Below are positions 12,401 through 25,717 of a stretch of 64,000 nucleotides of DNA, piece by piece; the stretch's first letter is position 1, and each line of letters starts with the position of its first letter. The stretch lies in the NCBI GenBank assembly GCA_001600815.1, contig BCKZ01000029.1, positions 1 through 64,000 on the forward strand. Reading direction: 5' to 3'. This stretch comes from Alloascoidea hylecoeti. Taxonomy: Eukaryota. The translations under genes and the position numbers were made by a program. The notes under the pieces are model-generated. The model searched no databases and had not been told where the DNA came from. It worked only from the letters and a program-made list of their open reading frames with translations.

Positions 12401-14187
12401 AATAAATAATTTCTTTCGAGTTCCTTCTTGAAAAACAATTGCAATTAATATCTGGTAAAAATAAAAAAAAGGTGTTCCGAGATATTTTTTGAAATACAAT
12501 AAGCGAAATGTCGTAGAACACGCACGTGCGCAGCATGAAGTATCCGAAAATAAATTCCACGATATTTCGGCCGACTCTTTTGGGGATCTTTTTGGGATCA
12601 CAATATTGTATAATTATAGCTATAGCTTTACCCCATTTTTACCCTTCTATCGGTTACACCATTAGCCCATGTGAAATATAATAAAACTATACATATAGCT
12701 AATTTTAAATACATCTGAAATTGAATGCGACTATATGGATACAACTAGCTACTGCCACCCATGGCCATATTAATTTATAAACTTGAAATTATTTAATTCT
12801 ATATCATTGTTCTAGAATAAACTGTTACAACTGATGATCAGTCAATCCATATCAATGATTTCAACTACTAGTCAATTGTAATTGTTCTCTTGAATATACT
12901 TAGGTCACACATCCTACTATATGATATAGCCCAAACTACAATTGCAAGGTCATTAAATAAAAATGTGTCCTCTAAATTCAATTATTCAATCTGTATAGAA
13001 ACAACCAGTTTATTATTGTAAACAAACAATATTGATCATATTAATTTAATTTATAATGACGAAAATTAATCGCCACGATACAATTCAAAATATTAGACAA
13101 AATAATTTAAACCACTACCCCGGAAGTTGTCAATTCAATTGTAGACTTCAAACAACTGTCATTGTTATTTATATTTACTTTTGTATATTCTTTGTTTATT
13201 AATCAATCCTATAAAAAAATGCTAATTATCATATTTTATAGCTATGTATGGCCCCTTCCCCACATTTCACGCTCTACAAAGAATAAAGTTTCAGCCACAC
13301 CATAAACCTTACTAATCCTCAGCAGGTTCATGTATAATCACGTGATGGAGGTTAAACCTCTTTTAAACTTTAAAACCATAGTTACCTAATGACATATATG
13401 AAGTGTGAAAAGAATATTACTAGTAATATTAAATACTATATAAATAAGCAAGTTATTTAAACATGTATACTCTTTTTCTAATGCTTTGAAGCTCACACAA
13501 AATATAGAAAATGGATGGATCGGAAAAACCATAAAAATAATCATATTAATTTAAGTTAATAACATAAAAATATATGTGATAAAGAGAATACAAACAGACA
13601 TGAATGATATAATGAAATGATACGATGATCAATAGACAAGATAATACATATAAAATTAAATACTTTTTTTTGTTAAAAACACAATTGCAAGGTAAAAAAA
13701 AAAAAATAGAAAGCAACCACCAAAAAAACAATAATATAAAAAACATAAACATTGAGAAGAGATGATAGATGATAGATGATAGATGAAAGGAATCAATAAG
13801 AGGACAATAGTTTTGAAAAAAATTTCACCGAGACCGGGAAAACGGGAAAGGTAGTGTGCATTAAATATTAAATTTGTTTTTCATTTTCATTTTTCTTTTA
13901 TTATTAATTATTAATTATTACTGTTGTTACAACCAAAACCAATCAAAATCATGACATAAAATAAAAAGTAAAGAGAAAGCTTTACCTGAAGTTTTCTCAA
14001 TTACATTTTTGTTGCTTGCAAAATATAAGAATATATACAAAAACCACCCAAATCCGATAATAAACAATGAACAAGGAACCCTAGCCAGCCATGTTTTTTT
14101 CCCTTTTAATAAAACGTGTAAGAAAAAAAAAAAAAATTAATAAATAGTTGTAATAGTAATAGTATGACCATAATCACCAGATTATGT

Positions 14188-15657
14188 TCATTGTTCAAAT
14201 ACACCAACTACTGTAGTATTAGTTGTAGCAGCAGTAGGAGGTGAAAATGAAGGCGATAAAACAGGTGACCATAAAAAGTCGCACTGATTATCTGTTATTC
14301 TTCCACTAACATTTGATGGGGAATAACTATTAGATGATATTGTTGAGGATGAGGAAGATAAATCTGGTACAATTTGAAAATTGTCAACTTCATCCTCATA
14401 TAACCGTGAAGATACATTATCATTACTATTACTATTACTATTATTAGAATGCTTGTGTGAATGCTTATGACCATGCTTGTGATGGTGACGTTTGTGATGT
14501 TTCTTTTTGTCATCGTGCTGGACTTGTTCCTGTTGGATTTTTTCTTGCTGTGGTATTGGAGTCGAAACGGAATAATAGGAATTATCAGTTGTATAATTTA
14601 TTTCATTTGGATAAACTGAACTGTAATCATAACTGTTATAATCATAGCTTCTGTTTGTCGAAGTATTGTGGGATTGTGCAGCATAGTAGCTATAATCACA
14701 ATCAACAATTTCAAGACTATCATTATCATTTTCATTTCCTTGTTCCTGTTCTTGCTCCTGTTCTTCTGATTCTTCTTCCGAATCAGAATCCTTATATTTT
14801 AATATTCCAGAGGGTAATCTTTCGATTAATTTGACTTCTTTATTGCTTGATGGCTTTGAAGTTGTTGGAGCGATGAAAAAAAAGCCAGCATCATCTTCAG
14901 AATCAGAATCAGATGTGAAATCGAGATGATCTATATCATTGGACATAGAAGATGATGTTAATGATTCATCATCATGATCAACTACAATGCATTGTTCAAC
15001 GGTTTCATTGAAGTGAATCCTTCTGCTTGCCTTTTTAGACCATGTTGAAGAAGTTGAAGTCGAACCTATGCTTGAAGAAACCGAATTAAAAGAGTTTGAC
15101 CAAGTATATGATGATGATGAATAGGAATTTGTTATGTTTGAAGTTTGACTGTGTAAATTTTCAAGGTTTAAATTGGATTTATCAGCCATTATTTGAGATA
15201 GCGACCTTCTCTTTAAGATGGGTTTCCTTTTAAAAGAGGCTGTAGATGACTCTGCTGGGGTATTAGAAACACACCTTCGTAGCTCGTTCGAATGTGAGTT
15301 TGAGGAAGAATTTTTTGAGTTTTTCAGAAGCTTATTGTCATTAAGAGAGTCTTCGAGTAAGGCATCACAAGAGTACAGAGGGCCGTATAGCCAAGTAATA
15401 TCGGCATCCTTTGACCAATTAACAGCCTCTGGTGGTATAGTGCCTAGATGGAACTTTGACTTCATCCAGGTACGCCAACTAGCATTTTCTAGTCTTTGAA
15501 CGTTTTCAGGTTGTGCTGGAGAGGCTTTTGAAGAGGTGAGGGTGCGCCAACTAGCGACCAGGTCAGCCTCCTTCCAGTTGTGCGAGAAGTAGTCGACATG
15601 GACCTGGGACTCCGGCTGAAGTAAGCATGAGTCGTCTTGTATTAGGACGGCAGCCAT
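14188..15657 (-). CDS. REG1: Reg1-like protein phosphatase 1 (Glc7) regulatory subunit
   Basis: HVDYFSHNW..SWR..RLENASWRTWMK..VNWSKDADITWLYGPL block, KPILKRRS, and PP1-docking RRIHFNETVEQCI. Confidence 0.85.
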   Translation of the reverse strand: MAAVLIQDDSCLLQPESQVHVDYFSHNWKEADLVASWRTLTSSKASPAQPENVQRLENASWRTWMKSKFHLGTIPPEAVNWSKDADITWLYGPLYSCDALLEDSLNDNKLLKNSKNSSSNSHSNELRRCVSNTPAESSTASFKRKPILKRRSLSQIMADKSNLNLENLHSQTSNITNSYSSSSYTWSNSFNSVSSSIGSTSTSSTWSKKASRRIHFNETVEQCIVVDHDDESLTSSSMSNDIDHLDFTSDSDSEDDAGFFFIAPTTSKPSSNKEVKLIERLPSGILKYKDSDSEEESEEQEQEQEQGNENDNDSLEIVDCDYSYYAAQSHNTSTNRSYDYNSYDYSSVYPNEINYTTDNSYYSVSTPIPQQEKIQQEQVQHDDKKKHHKRHHHKHGHKHSHKHSNNSNSNSNDNVSSRLYEDEVDNFQIVPDLSSSSSTISSNSYSPSNVSGRITDNQCDFLWSPVLSPSFSPPTAATTNTTVVGVFEQ

Positions 15658-18600
15658 TTATTTTATGTTTGGTGGTAAAATATTTATGTATGGAGAGGGA
15701 GATTTTTGTGGAGGGCTTCTCTGTTTTATATATAACTTGAAGCCATTTTAATTACCCCAATCGGCCCACGCGCAGCAATGCATACAAATGCGCATGGATG
15801 CAGGCGTATGCAACTCATCTAATTATACGGTCGGATAAATGGCACTTTCGAATCCGGTTTTACGCTGTTCGGTTTTGTTTAGTCTTTTCTTTTTCTCTCT
15901 CGAAAATAAATTATGGCTTATCCGGTGCCTCTACTCTCCCACGTGCGTTTCATAAGGAAACTGTCTTAGTCATCCTCCATCCGAGACTTTCAATAGGTCA
16001 GGTGCAATGGTTACCTACCAGTACAACAACGTTATCACCATTCCTCATATATTTACTACTGGTCCCAATTACTTTATCAGTTGTAACATTCCTCGGGAAA
16101 AAATTTTACAATGTATATGGTACCATATACAAGATATGTCCGAATACATACACTGACTTCATAAAATTGAGACAAGCCAACGTTTATAATTAATTAACGC
16201 TAATAATATAATTGGAATTAAGTTGTTAATTGGGCTAATGTCAATGAACCAATATAAATTCTTTAAAGGGTTTTATATTGAAAAAGTTCCTTTTACGGGT
16301 ATTGAATCCTTGCTTCCATGGAGGTTCCGATGGAAATTCCCTTAAGCTTAATTATTTCTTGTTTTTACTCTATAGAAAAGTTTTTATCGGTGATACTCTT
16401 TTCAGTTAAGCTCATTTTTCTTTAAAAAAATTCTTTATTGTCGGAAAATGGGCTTGTAACATTTCAACATTTCAATATAATGAATCGTTTTATTTTTCGG
16501 TTTAAAGCGGAATTCTTGTCATTATATATATATGGGGTAATTTTTGGATTTCTTATAAATGGTCAATGTAAATTTTAAAGTTTAAATTTATTTAAACGAA
16601 AAAAACCGTTTTTAATTTTTACATAATCCAACAATTTTGATTTAAAAGTGGGACATTTATAATTATATAATTAAAATTAACAGTATATCGAATTACAAAT
16701 AACACGTACACAAGTTAGGTACCATCATTCAATCGTATAAGCAAATATTTCCTATTATGACTCATGGTTGATCGTCAATTGAGAATTACCATATAGAAAA
16801 CTATAAAAAGGAAATATGTGACAAAAGAAAACAAAAAACAGAAACAAACTTTTTGTTTCATACTCGATCGAGAGATCGTAAATATATTTAACCAATTCAA
16901 ATCTTTATAAATGATGGGCAAAGTTTCGAGGATTTTCATTATATTTGGAAATGTTATAAATATTTGTCTAAGTGTTATATCGGAAACCTAATTTTTTACT
17001 AAAAGTAACTGCGCTTATAAATCTCGATTGACTTGGAAGATCCTAGAGCGCTACAATGGTTTGTAACGTCATAAATATTAGTAAGAAATACTTATATAAT
17101 ATTTTTGAACCGAGACTTTTCAGTATAGAAACCTTTATTTAATAGTTATAACATTTTTATTGTTATTTTGTAATATTTATAACACATTCTTTAAAATTTT
17201 TTGATGTTCGAAATCTATGCTAAATGCGAGCAACCCCATCTAAAAATTTGCTGGTTGGAAGATTACCCCGGAATTACGATCACATACTTAAAACCATCGG
17301 CTTCCTATTCCTGCAGGTGAAAATCTTTACAACAACAATAATTGGTTCTATTTTGTTTATTTTTGTGGCAGACTTAAGTATAAACCTATATACAGCTATT
17401 ATTAAAGCTATATAAGGCTATGGACCTCATTCAGCATCATCTTACAATTGTCATTGTAATTTTCAATATTTTTAACGGTTATGATTGTGATTAGTAACTT
17501 ATTGTATAGCCGGCGGTAACATTCGGTTATTGATGGTAATCCTACCAATGCTATTATTACCAATTTTTTAAATCCGATGTTTTGCTTTGTGAAGTAGAAA
17601 CAGCTAGTACGATAGTTTTAAATAACAAACGTTTATACATTAAAATATAAACATCAAATATAACAGCTGCAGGACTCTGGCTGCAACAAATATTGGTACC
17701 ATAAACTAGGTGTAGCTAATTATAATCATCTTATAATTACAATTACACTCAATTTAGGAATAGAAATAGCTAGAAGTATACGATCCTAACCACATATTTA
17801 GGCATTAAAAAACTAGATGATTCTATTCAGTAAAAGTCAAATCAAATCTGAAAACTTATGACCGGATACAAAACACATTAATATTCAGGTTCCGCCTTTT
17901 TTTTTTTCCTTCTTATTGTTGCAATTAATTACTTTTTAATTATGAACCATCGGGGTGGTTAAATGGGCCGACCGATTGTAATTACAATGTGGGCTTATCT
18001 TAGATATGTCACGGATATGTGGCAAACTTTGAATTTATTTCAATTTTTTTTCATTTTCAACTTCAAACTATTTCTTATCGTTCGATAGGGAATTCCATAC
18101 TAATCATGATCGTGAATCGTGATCATGGTTTTTATATCACGATAAATTGATAGAGAATTGGGTGTAGGTAGTATATAAAATTACGAATAGGCCCGTGATT
18201 AGTTTTTATCATGAACATCTAAAGTTCAGTGACTTCAAGCTCTTATATTTGCTACAGAGGACATAAGACCAAATAACTTAAATCGTTATCACAACCTTTG
18301 TTATTTTAGAGATAAATTAATAGAATAAATTTAAATGAAAAAAAGGGTGTTATCGCATTTCCAATTTACACCAACTTATTTATGGTCCAGACAGTGGCTC
18401 TTGTAGATGAAATTTTGATTATTATAACAGACCCTACGGTTTGGATGAAACCCTCAAATTCTAGAATCATCTTCTTCGTATTCAAAATATTAATGAATAA
18501 TATATATATTCTAATTCCGCCCTAAGACCTTGATCTATTAATGATCATCTTGGTTTTGGAGTTATAATAAAGAATGGTTGATCATGAATCTAAAGTTTAG

Positions 18601-21600
18601 ATAAGAAGATATTACGGTTATCGTGACCTTTTCGATGGGCACTTCATTCTCAACTGTTTTACGAATTATTATATGATATCGTATGAGATCTTATATCAAA
18701 CATAGCTAAACTATATATAGCATGAGCATGAGCACATCTTAGATGACACAATATATGGATATATATCTTATGGTTTAGATTTATTAATTACTAATATTAG
18801 TAGGTTTAATTCTAACGTATAATTAAATTAGCCGGAAATCAAAAACCGAATTAATATCGAAACGGAACTGCTTCTTTTAACCCCACAATATAACTCCATG
18901 TATTACATTAATTTATTATATTTATTAAGGTATAAAATATGATTATTTTTGATCGTTTGTTATACTATACTTAACGTTTGTCTTAAATATTCTCTTTCAA
19001 GCATATTTTGTAATTGTGATGCACGGGTAAATTATGTAACTTATGCAAATGTTTTATTCATTTACAGTAACGATATTAACTAAATAGGAAAGTGAATTAC
19101 TTGCAGGCGAAATAAAGGCAGATGAAGAAACAAAATAGCTGCATCTCTAGTTAAACCTCTCAGCTCCGAGAAACAGAATGTAAGTCATGTTTTAAAAAAA
19201 AGACAAGTGGTATTTTTAACTAACTAGGAAATAAATATATTAATTCAATATTAGTCAAGAATCAGGGAAATATAGGAACGTTAAAGTTATGCGATACTAT
19301 TTATAAAGATATTAATTAATGAAGCATCAAATCGAGCGGGAACCCCGAACAAAATTTTATTTTAGGGTCTTAAAAATCGGATCCACAATTTTATATATAA
19401 CGTTGTTTTAGGTTTTCACCGTTAAATAATTTAAATGTAAGTTACCTTCACACCAGGGTTATATTATTGTTATATATAGCTTTCACTTGTCGTGGATGGT
19501 ACACAAGAGAGTGAATGTTTTTAATGGACCGAACATAACGATGACTGGAGTTACCGTGCATTATAACAGGATAAAAATATATAGTTGTATTTCTATTTAT
19601 AATTATGTAGCTAGACCATATTTCCATGTTAATTTCACACAAGGTTACATTGTTATTCATATGCTCATATATAGTGAATGATAAACACGGGAGTGAATGA
19701 GTTTAACGGGCCGAGTGACAGTGGAGTTACTAATTATACACGTTTAAACGTTTTATAAATATAAGTTATAAATTATTGAACTCTTAGGCCCTCTACTTTC
19801 CATCCTGTGTACCTGTAGCATTTCACTATATGATATATTAATATTATAAATATGATACATGTATCCGGAACGGTTTAAAACCTAGTATATGCATCATTCA
19901 AAAAGTCCATGACAAATCAAATTTAAATTTCCCTTTTTCCCTCAAGTCACATCAAATATGCCAATATATTTCTGAAGCAATCTTAAGTATTAAAGATCAT
20001 CAATATCATCATTTATAAGCTATAGTTAGCGCTTTATAGTCTAGTTATATGATGAACCATCAAACTAATGAAATGTTAGATAATTCTAGATTTTAATTAA
20101 GGTTTAGTTTTGCGATATATTAATTGACTTTTATGGTGCCGTATGCCCAAAGAAAAGTTATACCCAGAAGGTAGCCAAAGTCAAAACCAATTGCGAAACT
20201 AAGCCCAAACTATAATAAAACCAATTCTACGCATATGCATAACTATCCTATTATTCTTGCTGAGTTAGTAATGGGCCCCCACATTTTTGTTACAGCATTC
20301 TTTTTCATGATCCTAGGTTCAAGTATATAGTGCTATAATGGCGGGTAATTATTTATACAACTATAAGATCTTATTTACCAACCGATCCGATTTAAGCCAT
20401 AAGAAATTTGGGGAACTGTGTCACGTCCAAATATTAATTATATAAAGTCACGGTTTTTTTTTCTTGTACCATAATAACCCTTCTGAACAAACATGGATGG
20501 AACATTTTCGTCATGTAAAATGACTTTTGTGAAAGAGAAGAATAAAGCGAACAGAATGATATGGTCTTAACTCTTAAGATATTAGGCTTGGAGTGGTCTC
20601 AGGACGTTTAGGACCCGGGTGTTTAGGACCTACTACTATAGCTATAGGTACATGTTAAAACTAATATATATATTAATATATTAATCCACACATGTAGAAA
20701 CTGCAGAGTAGCCCTTTTAATTAATATATCGTCTAAGTTATATCCAAATCTAGATATCTATATGCTTTATAGATAAGATGTGGGTCCATATGCTTAAACA
20801 TGGCAAAGAGTAATGCACCTGCAATTGGCCTAAAGTATGATTAATATAAGTATTGACTCTTGAGGTTATATTTAATACCTTATATTAATATATTAATATA
20901 TCAATCTACAGTGATTCTACACATATATAAGTTGCAAAATATGATTCTAACTGCCCCTTATCTTATAATTAATATAGATAAAATGTATACGCATGGGCAA
21001 GAGTAATGCAATTGGCTTAAAGTGTGGTTAATAGGTTACTTTATATGAGTATGATGTATAAATTATTACATACATAGGTGTTTATAATTAAGAAATATAA
21101 GTTATAGATACGAGTACATGTTAAGCTTTCTATTATGATGAGTTATTTCACGGCTGTTATATATAGGGCCTAGAAATCATCTAAAAGCATATATGAGGAA
21201 AGATAGCTTAGAAGCTTTGAATTATGTAAGTTATAAAATATATTATTATAGTATGACATAATTGTACAATTAACTAATTACATACCGGTATATGTTTCGA
21301 TCATCCAGTTAAATTAAGTGATCATTCAGTTAAACCATCCAGTTATGATCAGTTATGATCGCTCGGGCTCGTTGTAATTGCATTTGTTAATAGCTAATAG
21401 CTATAGCAGAATATTATTATATGTAATTGGAACGGAAATAAGTTGAGATACCTTAGCGCTGACTATAGTATTAGTATGAATTAATTACTTAAATTATTTG
21501 CACATTAATTTTCCATAATATTAATATTAATATTAATGATAGAAATGTATGATTTTAACGTACTAATCACTCGCAATTGGATTGATAAATGACATGTAAA

Positions 21601-24600
21601 AATATATAATAATCAATTAATATAAGTTTAATTAAATAGAATGTATAGATCTCTCTTATAGTGAACTATACTATGAATATTATATTGTTTAGATTAATAT
21701 TTGAACAAGAGTCGATATTCAAAATATTATATAGAACATTTATGCATGAAGATCCGGATATATTTAGTATTTTATAATGATCATATATATATTGTTTCAT
21801 TTTGTTTGAATACCAAATTAAAGGAAATGATCAACTGATGAATAAGTAAGTTAGCCCAGTGACACCTAGTTGACATTGTTAATATTTTGTTATCAAGTTT
21901 AAAGAACCTTGGAATAATTTTAATATGGTTTATAAGATTATACGTATACTATCATTATAGACACCTCATCTATGTACTTTTTAGCGCTAGTGCTTAAGTA
22001 TGATAGCAATATCTATAATCTCTACGTATACCATTAAATCGAAAATTGGGGTCTGTAATAAATATATATAGTGCACTAAAATAAGATTACTACTAGCATT
22101 TTATATTACTCTATAATATGAAGTTTGAAAGCATCCGAATATAAGAATAATAATCCGAACGAGAATTCCAAAAACTCGAAATTAGTACACGTATTTCATT
22201 ATTTTAACATAGATTTTGCAGAACCTAATACTCCACCCTCTGATGAACCACCTTTTAAATGCAATATTTATGCTGATAAAATTTACGCGTTCAAGATTAA
22301 GCTTGAATCATTTCATCAACATACATGTAGGAACATGTTATAGTATGTAAGTATTCTACCGATTCTTAAAGAAAGGAGAAAGAAACAATTCATTTTCCCC
22401 TCCTTCTGTACTCAGATGAAATAAGGAGAAAAGAGGATCAAGAAGGGACAATCAACTGAGTTTTGGGTTAAGCTTTAAGATGACTCAATTCAAGAATAGG
22501 GTTGGTGGCATGGCCATTATAGAGATTCAGGTTGGATTACGTAGTTCTATTATAATATATTTGGCCATTGGAGGACATTAACGGAAAAAAGGAGCTGCCG
22601 GTGCGGAAGAATAAATTTTATAAAAATCATTGCTGCAGCAGAAGCAATTTATGTTGCACTTAAATAATATTTTATATTGAAATATTATATTACCAGATTC
22701 TTTAATTAGCGCTCGTTCTTGTTTATGAAAAAGTTTTTCCGAAGAATGTGAAGAAATTATTTTTGAAAACATCTTTACATGTAGTGGTGCATATAAATGA
22801 TCCGATCTTTATTTTTTTCCTTTTCCTTTTTTTTTCTTTTGATGCTCACATGATATTTTTAAATTCTGTTGCGAATTTCAGTTGAACCAGTTTTATGGTA
22901 CATAATAAAACTGTGGTACGAAAGTTAAAAAACACGTTTAAAATAAAATTTATAACAATGGATTAGAGCACTCCGATTTCCCCAAGAAAGCAAGCATCTT
23001 TACCGTTTTGGGACTTCTTCTCGGACGTTTTCAATTTTTAGTTTTTAAAATAGTTACATGTTCCGATGTAACTTCGAGAGGATTACTCGGTCGAACATTT
23101 TATACTTATAGAATCCAATAATGAGAACGGACCCCATATTTCCATTTACCTTTTTTGTGCATTTCAGTTCCTTTCAAGCACTCTGGTATTTTACTATTTG
23201 TACATCTAAGCTTGCAATCGCCATTGTTAAATCGTTAACACTAAAAGTATATTGAGGATCTGTGTTTTCGGAGACAAGGGTTCCGACATTCAGAACTAGT
23301 ATTATTATATTGCTTTTAAACTGTTGCGGACCCCAAGGGAAAAAACTTCACAAACTTTATAGTTATACATATATGCTAGAATATAGAAATATAACTGGAA
23401 AGAACAATAATAAAAGTGTAATCAATATTGTGAGGATCATATTATACAGTTATGGGTATGCCATTTATATAAAATATTATAAATCAGTAGAATTATATAA
23501 TCTATGATTCTATTAAAATTTATAAAGGTTTATATATATATATATTATCGATATATCTCAAACTCTCGCAAAAGATTGAAAAAATTTTAACCACACATAA
23601 TTGCAATTAAACGCTAAGTTATCTTAACATGAGTGGCTTGCAAATCTCTTAAGGCCTAATCCAATTCAAAACAAGGAGACTACTACAATTACCTTGTTAA
23701 CGAGTTTTATTTGAATCTTTCTCAATATAGGCTATATGTATTGTACCTATATTACTTGTAAGTATATATATAATTCTAAGTTGAAATTTTCAACTCACAT
23801 CCTGCAAAAATTTCAATCTTTTCTTTTTTTATTGAAATATTAATGATAAAGTAAATCAAAATTGGATGGAAAAAATTGTTGCCTATTATCATATATATTT
23901 CTATATCCTTGCTTCGTCTCGTATGATTTAAGAGAAAGTGTCATAATCCTTTCCAAAATCATTATAAGAACATAAAAAATGATTATGATGCTTACATAAT
24001 ACGCATCGATATTATTAAACTTAAAGATCGTATAACAACAATGCAACATTGTTTTTCACAACTTTCAAATGTTGTAACAATTACCAAAAAAAGAAGAAAC
24101 AACAAATATGTGAATGATAACGTTTGTATATTGTTAATTCAATTAATTAATCGATGGAATATTAACAAATTGAAATACTCGTTACAATTTAAGAATAATC
24201 AATGTCTATTTTCATGTGTTTTTGAAAACAATGAGTCACGTGACTCTATATTGGTCCTAATAATCTTTATTTCTTATTTTTAAGGTTCTTTAACACATGT
24301 ATTTAAGGTTTTTCTACTTTTAAGTGATACCCTCACTTAACTAGTATTAATTGTCTTTGTTTACTTTAATCCTCAAGTTCAAGTTGGGATTCTCAGAATA
24401 TACACTATATTATAATACTATGATTTCTAGATCTATATCCCTATAGGTTAATTGATTGCATTATATAGTTACAGCTGAGATAACACATAATATAATATAA
24501 CTTTATAATATAACTTAATTATTCACAAATTAATAATGATGATATCAAAAACATGAAAATTTTAAAAAACAGAGTAACTAGTTTGTAAAAAGTTGTAAAC

Positions 24601-25717
24601 AACAATTGGAATAGCTATAAAACAATTGCAAGTTAAATAAATATATATATATAAGAAGGTTATTTTTAATCTTTGCTATTTATGTATTTATATAAACTTT
24701 ACCTTTTGAGGTTTTCCATTAGATCACAAATGTAGTAAAATCACGATTGCATTGTAAGATTTAAAATTCAAAGAAAATAATTGGTGATTTCCGCATCAAT
24801 GATCTTTTTATTAGATACCATAATCAATTTATTGTGCCTAAAGAGATAATCATTATCAATGATCAATCATTCTGCTTTTATTTAAATTTATTATATTAGA
24901 AGCGCAAATTTAAGTTTATCACAAAAACAAAATAAACATCATTGAAAAGCGCGCTCATTTTCCTTTTTGTATTTTCTGATTTTATAAGATGAGATGAGAA
25001 GCTAGATACAACTGAAATATTACAGATTGTATTTAAAAAGTTAAAAAAGTATATATATAAGTTTTATATTATATGTGTAAGATTGTTGGAATTGTATGCA
25101 TATAAACAGTTTTAATAATTATTTTGTTTGTTTAAATTTGATTTCATTTCAAAATTTCCCTTATCAGTTGTCATGTGAATAATGTAATCTAAAAGAAAAA
25201 GAAAAAATATGAATCAAATGGAACGAATTTCAACACGACCCAGTTACTTACCCTATATCTTGAAATTAAAGAAATTTGTAATATTGAAGAAGTTAATCTT
25301 CTAAATAATTTTCATTTTAAAAATATGAACAGTTCCGATACTTGAAACTGAACTAAATATATCATCAATGAATGATAAGTTTTTCTAAATTCAGCAATTG
25401 TGCAAAAGCAGACAAAAACACGAAAAGAAACAATTAAAATAAATATGAGCTGTTTAAACTTGTTAGTTATAATAAAAGAAAAATAACAAACATTCGACTC
25501 AAAAATAAAAATTTTGATATTTAATTTAATTTTCTTTTGTTTAATTGGGTTTTAAAATAAATAATAAATATAAAATGCAATATTGATAATTCCAAAATCA
25601 ATAAAAAAAAGAATTCAAAAATTGCAATTGAATCATAGCTTCATAACCATAATAGATACTAGATAGATAGTAATTATTTTTTAATTTCACAACAAATGTT
25701 TATATTAAATTTATAAT

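Noticed and set aside
13337..13530. Point centromere (CDEI-like ATCACGTG plus AT-rich tract); same idea at 24235
   Set aside because: No correctly oriented CDEIII at a suitable distance, and the intron style argues against Saccharomycetaceae.
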